A stretch of DNA of 64,000 bases. Source: Camelus ferus. Lineage: Eukaryota. The notes under the pieces are model-generated. The model was not told the DNA's origin and made no database searches. It worked only from the letters and a program-made list of their open reading frames with translations. Location of the stretch: the NCBI RefSeq assembly GCF_009834535.1, contig NC_045696.1, forward strand, positions 61,506,001-61,570,000. Reading direction: 5' to 3'. How positions within the stretch are numbered: the first letter of the stretch is position 1; every line of letters begins with the position of its first letter. Both the position numbers and the translations under genes were made by a program. Shown piece after piece: positions 28,404-41,903 of the stretch.

Positions 28404-28623
28404 CAGGGATCTACAAACTGTGGCCGATAGGCCAAATTCAGCCTGCTGCTTGATTTCATAAATGGTTTTACTGGAACAAAGACAAGCGCATTTGTTTACA
28501 TATTGTCTGTCGATGCTTTCACATGACAACAGCATCATTGGACAGTTGGGACTGAGACCCGGTGGGCTGCAAAGCCGAAAATATTTACTATCTGGCTCTT
28601 TAGAGAAAAATTTGCTGACTCTT
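28404..28623 (+). mobile_element. MER58A-like hAT-Charlie DNA transposon
   Basis: CAGGG...CAAACT...GGCCAAAT, CATTTGTTTACATATTGTCT, AAAATATTTACTATCTGGC...AAATTTGCTGAC. Confidence 0.75.
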
Positions 28624-28766
28624 AGTCTAGGTGAGTCTAAGATAATTAAGAAATAATGTTCCATTTAGTACAGTGACTTTAAAAAGAAGTTAGGAAATGA
28701 CAAGTGTTAACAATTTATAGCATTAGTAAACTTGCTAAACCGAGAACATCTGTAGCACCCACATAC

Positions 28767-28848
28767 CATAGACATGGAGTTTTTCCTGTCTTCTTGTGCA
28801 ACTTCAGACTGTGATGCTGACCCAAGTTGAGGTTTAGGTGACAAATAC
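28767..28848 (-). CDS. RNF168: RNF168 exon 5 (82 nt)
   Basis: Acceptor T-tract AAG|G, YLSPKPQLGSASQSEVAQEDRKNSMSM, donor GTATGT; phase fits exons 4 and 6. Confidence 0.92.
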
Positions 28849-30293
28849 CTTAAAAAAAAAAAAAGTTTGCCAAAATCAAATGCTTTAAACACAAGTGGCA
28901 TGTACCACTAGCTACCAGTCTGTGAGTCTATTTTTTTGTTATGGAATTGTCATTTTAGATATATTTTCAGCCTGTCTTCTTTATCTGATACGGCATTTAA
29001 AGCCTTCTAAATGCTACTTCAGTCACATCCCGTAAGTCTTGATGTGCAATATTTTCAGTTCTATATTTCTATCAAGATTTACTCTTTAGCCAATGAGTTA
29101 CCTGGCACTTTTTCTTAATTTCAAACACTTTAGTAAGCTTTTTGTTAATTATTTTAAATTTGATTCATATAACATAAAATTAACTATTTTAAAGTGTACA
29201 TTTAGTACAAAGTTGTGCAACCAACACTCTATCTTGTATGTTGCTGTTTTATGTAAGAATTCTTTATATATTCTAGAGACTAGACCTTATCTGTATTTAA
29301 CTTTGTTTTAACTTTAATCCACTAGTTTCTCAGTTTCTTCTATTTCTGCTTTTAAATTCATAAGTTTATTCTTATATTTCTAGTAAATTTTTATCTTTAA
29401 ATATTTCAAAGTATCTATTTAGATTCATTACAGTTACATTTTTTAAGCAGGAAAGTACTATATCAATACGAAGTATCTCTGCTTTTCTCCTTTCAGTGGT
29501 TTTTCTCTTGATTTCTACTTTGCATATCAGCATTAACAACACTGATGTTGCATATCTTTTTTCTCCCTTAATAGCAACCACTTCCTTTAATGCTGCCCTC
29601 TTCCCGCCAATCTCCATCTCCCCATCCCAAGTCTCCACCACCCCAAATCCTAAATTTCTATGAATTTTGGAAGGATGCAAATTACCTGCACATATTTACG
29701 CAGTTGAACCAAAAGCCCTTACATGTTTGACGTCTAGATTGTAGTTGATAAACTACAGTTGATAAACTGTTTCAACTATGAACTACTATTGGAAAGCTTA
29801 TACACTTACAGAGACATCAACTCTTCCTGCTGCTAGCTAGAGGGGCGCTGTGGGGCAACTAAATTCGCTCTACTATTGACTACCTGACTGATTTGTTTTG
29901 TATAGTAGAGAAGAAATATAATCCATAAACTGGGGAAAAAGAGAGTGTGGGGGATGCCAAAATTGTAAACTCCTTCAATGAGGATGACCTTACTTGGGAC
30001 CAGCTTTTCTCACTTGAATCTAAGCCAAAAGAAAAAGGAATCCAATTGATTAATTTTGAGAAAATAGGAACAACATGGAAATCCTGAGCAATCAAGATAA
30101 AAAAAGCTTCACATCTCTGTGCTTAAGATGCACAGGATGTGAGCATCTCTCTTATTTTCACTTTACGTCAAGCTTAGACCATGTGGAGGGTTTTCATGCA
30201 GGGTTGATGGATCGATTTTGATCAACAGTAGACTCTATGAACAAAAATCTACAGTAGGTGGTCAATAAATAATTGATAGTCATGTTCACTTAC

Positions 30294-30415
30294 TTCTGAA
30301 TATCTCCAGTGTTTATTTGTTTGTTCTTACTTTTCTTTTGTGATTTGGTTGTGACTGGATCAGATTTTCTGAAATTCAAGGGCGAAGCCAAGATGCTTCC
30401 CTCACAGAAATTGTT
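30294..30415 (-). CDS. RNF168: RNF168 exon 4 (122 nt)
   Basis: Acceptor TGCTCAAG|AAC, NNFCEGSILASPLNFRKSDPVTTKSQKKSKNKQINTGDIQK, donor GTAAGT. Confidence 0.92.
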
Positions 30416-31791
30416 CTTGAGCAACACAAAAAGCATAAAACAATTTTAAAATAAATTATTAATTTGACTAATTAAATCAGAATCCACAACAGAATTTTTC
30501 AGAAATTATGCTATGTTTAAATTCTGTACATCCTTTGAATAATACTGACCATGCAAAAATTAGTATGAACAAGATTAAGTTTACCTAAGTTGGTCTAAAT
30601 TCATTTTTACTCTACATTATAAACACAAAGAGCATGATGATACTAATCTCATTAGCTGATAGTTTCTGCTAATTTTTCTAATGAATAATTTCATATATTT
30701 ATAACTACCGTAATCTGTAGGGAAAAATTCAAAGAGCTGTGACTATACCTGGAATAAAAGTCATTTTATGTAAAATAACTTAATCTGGGGATTTAAGGGC
30801 ATACCAATAAATATCATGAATATTTACTTGTGGTCCTAGTCTCGTAAGTTTCTTACTACACCACTGGAAAATTTTTTTTAAAAAAGGTCAGCAGTGGCCT
30901 TGAACCACCAAACTTTTACAAGTAAACCAAAAATTATTCTAAAATATCAATAGATCTGCTCTTATAATCCCCATGTGAAAACAAGAAGAATTAGAATTAA
31001 CTCTTGAAATACAAGTAAAATTGACCTCAGATTTTCCTCTCTGATATATTTTTTCTTTCCTATCCCATTTGTTATTCTTTCGGCCTGCGTCTTTTATTTA
31101 ATTCTCAATTGTGTACCATTCCGAAGCTATCCCACTTATATCTTAAAAGGAAATATATTTTTAAAAAGGGCATATAATCTAAAACTTAGGTATATTATTA
31201 TGAATGGTAAGCCTCTCAAATATGGAAAAAACAAAACCCCAGTTCTGGATATGCTTCATTTTGGTAAATATATTTTAAGATATTTGTTGTTTGAAAGCAG
31301 AGGAATTGTTTTTAGAGGCTCAAGCCTGAATGCATGTCACACTTCCCTGGATGCCTCTGGGAATGGTATCCCCTAAATCCCATCCCCAGGGATTCTGATT
31401 TAGTAGATTTAGTATAGGAGTTTGCATTTTAAAAGAACCACAGGTGATTCCACCAGGTTCTTTCAAATCACTCAGTCCCCATTGTATCCTATGGTCTTAA
31501 AGTATGTGTTTTATCATCCTTTCTTAGTTCATTGTCCCCTAGGCAGTAATTTAACTATAGCAAGATTAATAAAATCCAGGTTTTATATGTTACTAAAAAA
31601 TTTAATGTGCTTCACTTGCAAAAAGTGATTTGCATCCTGCAAATGCCATTACTAGAAAAGAACTTTAGATAGACTATATGTAGTAATACAAAACACCTCT
31701 AAGAAATATCATGTGAAGAAGGTCAGGAAAAAAACAGTGTGATTCACACATTCTTTTTAGGTAAACAAAGTTGTAAGAAACTATTAATAGT

Positions 31792-31963
31792 TTCTTCTGT
31801 ATAACATAGGGAACTATGTTCAGTATCTCATAATAACCTTTAATGAAAAAAATATGAAAACAAATATATGTGTGTATATGCATGACTGGGACATTGTGCT
31901 GTACACCAGAGACCGACACATTGTAACTGACTCTACTTCAATTTAAAAAAAAGAAAGAAAAAA
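31792..31963 (+). mobile_element. Short young L1 3' end
   Basis: L1 terminus plus A tail; TSD AAGAAACT(A/G)TTAATAGT at 31775-31791 and 31964-31980. Confidence 0.88.
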
Positions 31964-32292
31964 AAGAAACTGTTAATAGTGCTAACCTTTGGGGAGAGTG
32001 TCTGATGTAATGAAAAAGGAATCAGAGTAAAGACGTGGGAGGGAGAAAGAAAACTCATTTTTCACTGAATAGCTTTCCTACATAACTGAATGTACTGACA
32101 ACTTATAAAAAAGGTTTTTTTAAGTATACTTGGATTAAGGCAAATGTGTAACAATATGCAAAAAAACCCTTTTAAGTAGAGTAAATAATGTCAGAAATAG
32201 TTTCTAGTTATGGTAAACAATTCTTCAGGCTGTTCAAAATCACCTAGGAAAAGCAATAGGAATATTAACACTTCAAAGTTTTTAAAACTTAC

Positions 32293-32472
32293 AATATTAA
32301 TGCTTAGCTTTCTTGCCAGCTCTTCATCACTTTTCAGTTGTTCTTCCATCTCCCTCTGCCTTTTTTCTGCCTGCCTTTTTTCCTCTTCTTCCTCCTCTGC
32401 CAGTAATCTCTGAATGTATTCTTCACTGGCTTTGTTTTCTTCTTCCTCATTGGCTCGTCGCTCTGCCTCCAC
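32293..32472 (-). CDS. RNF168: RNF168 exon 3 (180 nt): UMI and MIU1
   Basis: Acceptor TTTTTAAG|GTG, VEAERRANEEENKASEEYIQRLLAEEEEEE...EEQLKSDEELARKLSINI, donor GTAAGT. Confidence 0.96.
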
Positions 32473-33609
32473 CTTAAAAATGATTAATAAAGAACAATTC
32501 CTCCCTGAACTTTTTCGTGTATCTATAATATTTCTTAATAAGAATAATAGAAGTAAAAAAAAAATGGCAGGAATTAACATATTTCAAATCCAGTGCAAAT
32601 CTGGAGAGACTAATTTCTGTAGAAATGTCCACAAAGTCTCTTTCAGGAGCCTTCCCCAGTCAGTCCAATGGAACCTTGATCAAAGCCTCATCTTTCCTCG
32701 CTTCAGTCCTTATCACATTTTCCATTACACTGTAACACATTTTTGGAAGTGTTTCTAGGTAATACTTTCCCTCAATTAATGGAAGGCCTAACTTTGGCCT
32801 AGGTTTCTGAACCAAACCCTAGCAAAGCAGATGGAGTGAAAAACTAACTCAAACTAATCAGGGTCTATCCTTGAAGTTGGGATGAATCCTGAAACACACC
32901 AGGCAGAGTGGAATGTTTGCTGAAGAAACAACCATAATGGTCATTATATGATTTATGGATGAAGAAACAGACATAGAAAAGCAAATAACTTTCTTAGATC
33001 AGTAAATGCAGAGTGCAGACTCAAACAGCTTTGAGGACCTAAGGCCACCCTTGTGGCCACTTAAACTATACTTTCTGAAAGAAATAATCTAAGAGCCACT
33101 TCAGGAAGCTAAAGGATTTGACTCAAGAACAAGTCTTTGATCCAATTTAAGTGAAGGAGACGTGAGGAAAAGTTTGCTAAGAAACTTGTACGTTTTCTTG
33201 CTGTTAAAGGAAGGTGACTGAAGAGCCTGCTGCTTCTCCCTCTGCATGTTGTGGCACATGCACCTGCTGTTCAGAACTGTGCAGCTATCTTGCTGTTAGC
33301 CTGAGGAGAAAGCCAGCTGACAGAAGTTAGCAAAGAAACGAAACTAGAGCTCTGGATGAAACCAACCCTGAAGCTGTTACTACCACTGGAATTCCAATAA
33401 ATTACAATTTTCTTATTGTTTAAGGCAGTTTAAATTAGATTTTGTTTTACCTGTATTCCAAAGCATCCTGATAGAACGTGTTCTCATTACATTGTTGTAA
33501 GGATTAAATTATTCCTTTAAAACCCTTACTGAAGGACTTTGTTTAGACAATATGCTGACACTTAACTATCGTAATTATTTATTAGTTCTAGACCTCACAT
33601 GATCCAAGA

Positions 33610-35660
33610 CAGCAGCCACTAGCTACATGAGGCTACTGAGCAGCTGAAATGTGACTATCCAAATTGATACGTATTACAAGTATAAAATACACAACTGGAG
33701 ACTAAATAAGAAGAAAAGTAAACTCTCTCATGATTAATTTATATGTAACTATATAATTAAGATCTAATTATATAATCTGACATGTAATTATATAGGTAAT
33801 ATATAATTTTTTCATTTTTTATTGAGTTATAGTTTACAATGTTGTGTCAATTTCCAGTGTAGAGCCCAATTTTTCAGTTATACATGAACATACATATATT
33901 CATTGTCGCATTCTTTTTCGCTGTTAAGCTACCACAAAATCTTGTATATATTTCCCTGTGCTATACAGTATAATCTTGTTTATCTATTCTACTTATGCCT
34001 GTCATTATCTACAAATTTCGAACTCCCAGCCTGTCCTTTCCTACCACCCTCCCCCTGGCAACCACAAGTTTGTATTCTATGTCTATGAGTCTGTTTCTAT
34101 TTTGTATTTATGTTTTTGGTGGTTTTTCTTTAGATTCCACATATGAGCATTCTCATATGGTATTTTTCTTTCTCTTTCTGGCTTACTTCACTTAGAATGA
34201 TATTCTCCAAGGACATCCATATTGCTGCAAATGGTGTTATGTTGTCGTTTTTATGGCTGAATAGTATTCCACTGTATAAACATATCACATCTTCTTTATC
34301 CAGTCATCTGTCAATGGACATTTAGGATGTTTCCATGTCTTGGCTATTGTAAATAGTGCTGCTATGAACATTGGGGTGCAGGTGTCTTTTTGAAGTAGGG
34401 TTCCTTCTGGATATATGCCCAGGAGTGGGGTTCCTGGGTCATATGGTAAGTCTATTCCTAGTCTTTTGAGGAATCTCCATACTGTTTTCCACAGTGGCTG
34501 CACCAAACCGCATTCCCATCAGCAGTGGAGAAGGGTCCCCTTTTCTCCACAGCCTCTCCAGCATTTGTCATTTGTGGACTTTTGAATGATGGCCATTCTG
34601 ACTGGTGTGAGGTGATACCTCATTATAGTTTTGATTTGCATTTCTCTGATAATTAGTGATATTGAGCATTTTTTCATGTGCCTATGGATCATTTGTATTT
34701 CTTCCTTGGAGAATTGCTTGTTTAGGTCTTCTGCCCATTTTTGGATTGGGTTGTTCGTTTTTTTCTTATTAAGTCGTTTGAGCTGCTTATATATTCTGGA
34801 GATCAAGCCTTTGTTGGTTTCATTGTTTGCAAAAATTTTCTCCCATTCCGTAGGTTGTCGTTTTGTTTTGCTTATGGTTTCCTTTGCTGTGCAGAAGGTT
34901 GTAAGTTTAACGAGGTCCCATTTGTTTATTCTTGCTTTTATTTCTATTGCTTGGGTAGACTACCCTAGGAGAACATTTTTGAGATGTATGTGAGATAATG
35001 TTTTGCCTATGTTTTCTTCTAGGAGGTTTATCGTATCTTGTCTTATGTTTAAGTCTTTGATCCATTTTGAGTTTATTTTTGTGTACGGCGTAAGGGAGTG
35101 ATCTAGCTTCACTGATTTACATGCTGCTGTCCAGTCTTCCCAACATCATCTGCTGAAGAGACTCTCTTTATTCCACTGTATATTCTTGCCTCCTTTGCCG
35201 AAGTTTAGTTGACCAAAAGTTTGTGGGTTCATTTCTGGGCTCTCTATTCTGTTCCATTGGTCCATATGTCTGTTTTTGTACCAATACCATGCTGTCTTGA
35301 TTACTGTAGCTCTATAGTATTGTCTGAAGTCTGGGAGAGTTATTACTCCAGCCACTTTCTTTTTCTTCAGTATTGCTTTGGCAATTCTGGGTCTTTTGTG
35401 GTTCCATATAAATTTTATTATGATTTGTTCTAGTTCTGTAAAATACATCCTGGGTAATTTGATAGGGATTGCATTAAATCTGTAGATTGCCTATAATTAA
35501 TATTTTCTATATTGATTTCATAATAAAATATTTTAGATATATTGAGATAAATAAAATATATTAAAATTAGTTTCATCCTTTAAAAAATCTTAAAAATGTG
35601 ACTAGTAGAAAAATTTAAATTACATATGGACTCACATCGTATTTCTAGGGGACAACACTA
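33610..35660. mobile_element. MER33/MER3-like hAT element split by the L1 at 33808-35492
   Basis: Left half (CTAGCTACATG...CTGAAATGTGACT...TATAAAATACAC) at about 33610-33735; right half (TATATTGATT...AAATTACATATGG...GACAACACT) at about 35495-35660. Confidence 0.6.
33808..35492 (-). mobile_element. 5'-truncated, relatively young L1 (ORF2 C-terminus plus 3' UTR)
   Basis: ORFs 35146-35448, 34519-34806 and 34285-34506 translate to L1 ORF2 ([48 protein letters not shown]). Confidence 0.95.
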
Positions 35661-35799
35661 CTCTATACTAAGCAGGGTGCAGGAAGTACTAAGGCTCTCT
35701 TAGTACAAGTGAAGTTCAAAGGCTTCACTGTAAGCACCACTCCCTCTTTTCCTATTTAGGGACTTCACAACTAGCCCTTTATGCTCTCATCTAAACACA

Positions 35800-36136
35800 T
35801 CGTTTGTGTTCTCCCAAATTCGTATGTTGAAGCCATAACTCCCAATGTGACAATATTTGGAGGTTTGGCCTTTGGAAGGTAACTGGGTTGTAAGGGTGGA
35901 GTCCTCATGAAAAGACGAGACATGAAAGAGAGGATCTCTCTCTCCCTCTCTGCCATGTGAGGACACAGTGAGAAGGCAGCTGTCTACATGCCAAGAAGCA
36001 GGCCCTCGCCCAATACCAGATCTGCCATGCCTTAATTTTACGCTTTCCAGATCCAGAACTGTGAGAAATAAATGTTTGTTGTTTAAGCCACCCAGTTTAT
36101 GTGTTTTTGTTATAGCAGCCCAAATGAACTAAGACA
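35800..36136 (+). mobile_element. MaLR MLT1A-like LTR
   Basis: TATGTTGAAGCC...CCCAATGTGA, GCCATGTGAGGACACAG, GAGAAATAAATG...GAACTAAGACA. Confidence 0.8.
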
Positions 36137-36366
36137 CCCATAATCTACCACCCTTTATGTTCAAAGCTTCAGGGAAATTAAATAAACTAAAGCTAGTTTT
36201 TAACTACTTTGAACAATGTAAAAAATGGAGTCTTTATAAAGTACATTAAAATTATTAACACTTCAATATATACTATTTATAGAAGCACATAAAGCTGTAC
36301 GTAAAATCTGAAACTGAAAACACAGCAGAGAATTCTTCTAAAAAAGAACAAGTATTTAGTACCGAC

Positions 36367-36443
36367 CTTGCTTATCTCCTCTTCATATTCTCTTCTTAAT
36401 TCCCCAGGTTTACTTAACAGGCGAACTGGCTGATAGTCATCAA
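36367..36443 (-). CDS. RNF168: RNF168 exon 2 (77 nt): LRM1
   Basis: Acceptor GAAACAG|TT, DDYQPVRLLSKPGELRREYEEEISK, donor GTCGGT. Confidence 0.95.
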
Positions 36444-38457
36444 CTGTTTCAGATCAAGAAAGAAAATTATATAGGCAACACAGGAGTCTATGGCTAACTT
36501 TTATTTTCCATTAAACCTATATTAACATAAAAATGCGAAATTAAAATAAATATACAATTATTAACAGCTATAGCAATATTTTTTATGGAGTTGCATTTTA
36601 AAAGAAAAACCAAAGATTTTCTGGTTCAAAACGGCACATGAATATATATACTTAGCTCTTTCTCTAGAAGCCATTAAAATAATAGTAAAGGAGTTTTTAA
36701 AAAAGTAATCCTACAATTACAGCAAACACATATTTCTTCAAAAAAGATACATACATATAGCCAACAAGCACAAGAAAAGATGCTCAACATCACTATTCAT
36801 TAGGGATATGCCAATCAAAACCACAAACAGATAGCATTATGTACCTATTAGAATGGCTATTATAAAACACTGATCTCAGACTTCCCAGCTCCAGAACTAT
36901 GAGGAGTAAATTTCTATTGTTTAAGTGACCCACTCTATATACTTTGTTACAACAGCCTAAACTAAGATAGATGTGCAGAAACCAAAGTTTGTATTATAAC
37001 TGGTATCCTCACAAAAAAGGGGAAATTTGGACACAGACACACAGAAGGAAAATGCTGTGAAGACACACAGTGACAACACTGTGTGAACACAAAGGGTTGG
37101 AGGGATGCATCTGTAAGCCCTGGAATACCCGAGATTGCTGGCAAACCACCAGAGGTCAGAGAAAGTCAAGAGTTCTACAGGTTTCAGAGGAAGATTGGTA
37201 CTACTGAGCAAATTTATTTTAATTGGGAGAAGAAATTGTTTCCATGATGACAAAAGCAGAGTCAAAATGAGGGCTGGAAGAATAATTTTATAAACCACTT
37301 AACTGTTCAAGTTAGGTTTTATTGTTTATTTTTATTTTTGGTCCAATATTGGACATTCAGTTTTCTAATTAACTTGGATTTTTCCTTCAGAGTAAAATTA
37401 CAAGTATAGTGATAAATTTCCTTTAATGAATTCTGTCTGCTTTAAGAACAGCACTCACCATAAGAAAGCAACATTAAGTATGGTGGGAACATTTAAGTGA
37501 TTTATGATAGAAATTTTAGAGTTAACCAACATAAGCACTGTTGGCGAGCTGCTTTCGACAGATGGCAAATATCGACTGTCATACTCACTTTTAGTCTATA
37601 AAATGGATTTAGAAATTGTTTAAGAAATAGCAAATAATTGCTGCTACGTAATTTATTGCATCTTTGGTTGAAAAAGTTACTGATCTTAGTTTAGATTTAC
37701 CTGTGAACAAATCAGTAAGTAAACTTTAAAAATCTCAGTAGTTTCATTAAATTTTTTAAAAAAATTACAGTTCTCTGCTTACTACAGAGTGAGTAGTTAA
37801 GCATCTGTAAATTGCATGTTCCTTTCCTTTGCCCATTATTGTAGTGTTTCTCTTAATCTGTAGTTCTTGTTATATTCTAGATGTTAATTCTCTGTTGATT
37901 TAAGCATTTGCAAATGACTTCTCCCAGTTTGTTGTTTTTAACTTTGTGACGTTTGTTATCATATAAAAGTTTTGTTTTAGGATTTCTTCTGTTACTCAGG
38001 AAATCTACCCTATCTTAAGATTCTGAATTTATCACTTATATTTTCTTCAGTCACTTTTAGTTTCCATTATTTTTAACTCACCCAGAATTTGTGTATGTTG
38101 TTGCTGGGATTAGAAAATAATACAACCACTTTGGAAAATTATCTGGTAGTTTATTTTACAATCAAATATACATCTACTCTATGACTAAGAAATTCCGCTT
38201 GAGTATCTGCCAAGGAAAAATGAAAACATATGGCCACAAAAAAACTTGTACAAGCATCTTCACAGCAACTTTATTCATAATAGCCAAAAGCTGGAAATGG
38301 CTGATGCACCATGAACTGGAGAACAACCAGAAAATTACAGTAGAGCAACACTTAAAAAGAAATAAACTGCTAATAACCAAAACACGGATGATCTGGAACA
38401 TTATACTAAGTTAAAAAAAAAAAAAACTGCACAAAAGAACACACACTCTATGATTAC

Positions 38458-38899
38458 TGTTATAGGCTAAACTGTGTCACCCTCAAAAGATCTGCTCAAG
38501 TCCTAACCCCTGTACCCAAAATGCGATCTTGTTTGGAAACAGGTTGTTGTAGAAATAACTAAATTCGTACTGGAGAAGGGTGAGCTCTTAATCCAGTATC
38601 TCTGGTGTCCTTAACAGATAGAGACACAGAAAAGAAATGGCCATGTAAAGACCCACAGGGAGAGTGCCATGTGACTATGGAAGCAGAGACTGGAGTTATG
38701 CAGCTGTAAGCCAAGGAACACCATGGACTGTCAGCAACACCCAGAAGCTAAGAGAAAGGCATGGAACCAATTCTTCCCTGGAGCTTTCAACAGAACATGT
38801 GCCTGGACTTCTGGCCTTCAGAATTGTAAGAAAATAAATTTGTTATTTTAAACCACTTAATTTGTGGTAGTTTGTTATGGCAACCCTAGGAAACTAATA
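38458..38899 (+). mobile_element. MaLR MLT1 LTR inserted in an old L1
   Basis: TGTTATAGGCTAAACTGTG start, AAGCCAAGGAAC, GCAACCCTAGGAAACTAATA end. Confidence 0.8.
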
Positions 38900-41800
38900 A
38901 AATTCTATCTTATATGAAGTTTTAGAACAGACAAAACTCACCTATGGTGGGAAAAAATAAGTGGTTGACTTTCGTGGGTGTTGAAGTAGGGATTAACTGG
39001 GAGGGACATGAGAGTAATTTCAGGTGTGATGGTAAGGTTCTCTATTTTTATAGGGGTTTGTTACATGTTATACTTAAGTGAACACTCAGTGAAGGTAAAA
39101 TTAAGATTTGTACATTTCAACGTATGTAAAATTTTACATTAAAAGAAAAAATTATAATATTGATCTCTAATAATATGTGTACTTCTATGTATATTTAAGG
39201 GGAAATAAAATAAATAAAAAAATAAGAGATTGATGGATGGCTGATGAAAAGATATATGACAACAAGTACAGTAAAATGTTAACTATCACATCTGGTTATG
39301 GGTATGAGAGTTCACCATAAAATTCTTTCAACTTTTCTGTATATTAAAAATTTTTTCCCAATAAAATGCTGAAAAAAATGTAAGTATAATACCAAAATTT
39401 CTTGAAAGATAGGAAGGAAGGGAGGGAGGGAGGGAGGGAGGGAAAGAAAAACCAAGTGTTGGCAAGGATGTGATGCAACTATACCTCTCAGACACTACTG
39501 GTGGGAGCATAAATTGGTAAAATGATTTTGGAAAACCACTTGGCAGTATCTCCTAAGGCTCACCCTACCTGTAACACCCACCAAGGAATGGTCTTATGTT
39601 CTACTGAACATTCAAACTCAGAAAATGACCCATAAGGCCACATTTGGCATCAATCTAACAGCACGCAAGCAAGGAAGCCAGGAAACCTTTGCTGCACAGA
39701 AGCCAACATCTCTTGTAGCAACAATACAGGCACAGGTTCCCCACAAGGAACATGTTCAGTTACAATGGTCACTACACTTAAGAGACGCACAAAGTATAAA
39801 ATCCCCAAAAGCATTATAATTCCTCTTAATAGAGAGGCAATCTGTCAATCAGGGATAATTATGACCACAAGCAATGCTAGCTAGTAACATCATGGAAATT
39901 CTTATTCTCATTAGGTTTTGGGGGGAACAAAGCTTGAGATCTAATCAAAGAACAGATTCTCATACAGCACAGGAAAGGATTGAACACCTTATCCACATTC
40001 TATGACCCCCAAATCTCACTCTGTATCCAACAGAAATGTAGACATGTGTTCACCAAAGTGCAAATAAAAATGTTCACAATAACACTATTCACAACAGCCA
40101 CCAAACAGGACACAGAATTTTTCATTGTTTTCTCTACTTAATATCCATACAACATAGTCTACATAGCAATGAAAATAAACTGTAACCACATGTATCTCAC
40201 AAATATAACCATTAGCTAAAGAAGCCACACACAAGAGCACAGGATTACATTTTTTAAAAGGTTCAGAAACAGGCAAATGTGACCTATGGTATTGCAGGTC
40301 AGAACAGTAGTTACAGGAATGGTGAGGGCCACTGAGAGGATTCAGGAGTTCTGGGAAAGTTCTGATCTTGATCACAGTACTGGTTACATAGACATGTTCA
40401 CTTTGAAAATTCACAGACCTATAGACTTATGATTTGCACACTTTTTTAAAATATAAATTTTATTGAAGATTACACATCTAGTAATGATAGGGTTCTGATT
40501 TACACCCAGGCAATTCAATTATAAAATTCCTACTGTTTTGCTTTTAATCAGCTGGGGTCTATTTTCATTTTAATTTCCACTTGTTTGTTACTAGAACAGA
40601 GAGACACAATTGATTTTTATATAATGACTCTGTATCCTGTCACCTCGATAAACTCTCTAAACCTCACTACAACTTTCTAGTTGTAGTTTTTTTGGTAAAT
40701 TTAAATCTTTCTGAGGTGGGAGGTGTTCCCTCTCTTCTATTTTCTGAAAGAATGTGTGTAGAGTTGGTCATATTACTTCCTTAAATACTTGGTAGAATCT
40801 ACAAAGTGAAGGCACCTGGGCCTGGAGTGTTCCTTGTGGAAAAGTTTTTTAACTGACTTAAATTTCTTTCATATATTTAGATATTCAGGTTATAAATTTC
40901 TTTTTATGAAATCTTTAGCAATTTGTGTATTTCAAAATATTTCTCCATTTCATTAGACTGCAGAATTTATAGAAACAAAGTTGTTAATAAAAATCTCTTA
41001 CAGTATGGTTTGTACACATGTGCATATATGTTATGCTTCAATAAAATTTACACGAAAAACAACTTGGGGGATCAACTTCCAGAACAGCAGAGTGAGATCT
41101 GCAGACCTGTTCTTCAACAAAACCACCACAACTGGAGAAAGGTATAAAAAGCTGGTTGAATAAAGTCCCTGGAAATTGTCCTAAGAGCATACAGCAAAAG
41201 AAGAAACACTTCCCTCCCAAATCTACTAAATTTCAGTAAGAAAAGTGAGACTCTGTGGCACGTAGGCCACAACCTGCTCTCCCTAGCTAACTCAACAAGG
41301 GGGAAGCTCCACTCCAAGGGGCTGTAGCCAAGACAGGGCTCCCTGTTTCTCCAGTTCCCAGTCAAGGAGTACAGCATTCTCCAGGAGGAGCAGACTATCA
41401 GCATTTCTTATCCTTTCCAGCTCAGTGTTGCAGAGCTGAGTGAAGCTGATGGCAGGTTCCCTTTCCCCATTCACTTCACACTCAGGCACAATAAGCAGAG
41501 AATACTGGGGCCCCACTGCCTTCATCACAGAGCAAACCTTTCACTCACAGAGCAAAAGGTTCTTAGGAGATGCAAGCCAAGGAGACCAGAGACTACTATG
41601 CCTGTCCACTGACTTGTTCCTACAGAGAGAAGCCACTGTCTCTGCCTCTAGCTCCAGAGCACTGGCTGAAGATTTTGCCCAGGGAAAGGGCAACTGAGAG
41701 CACCAAAGATTTCCTTCAAAGAAACTGACTTTATTTAGAACAGAATGTGGATTTGTTCAAGTCCAAGGGCACTCTTGAAAACAATAGCAATTATAGTGGT

Positions 41801-41903
41801 AAACACTTAAAAGAGAAGGCCAGGTGGAGTGATGTCAGCAAAGTGGCAGAGCAGGCAGCTCCAAGCTCTCATTCCTCCATAGAAACATCAAAAAACAAGC
41901 AGA

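Noticed and set aside
29830..29852. CTCF-like CTAGAGGGGCGCTG
   Set aside because: Spacing does not fit the core consensus well.
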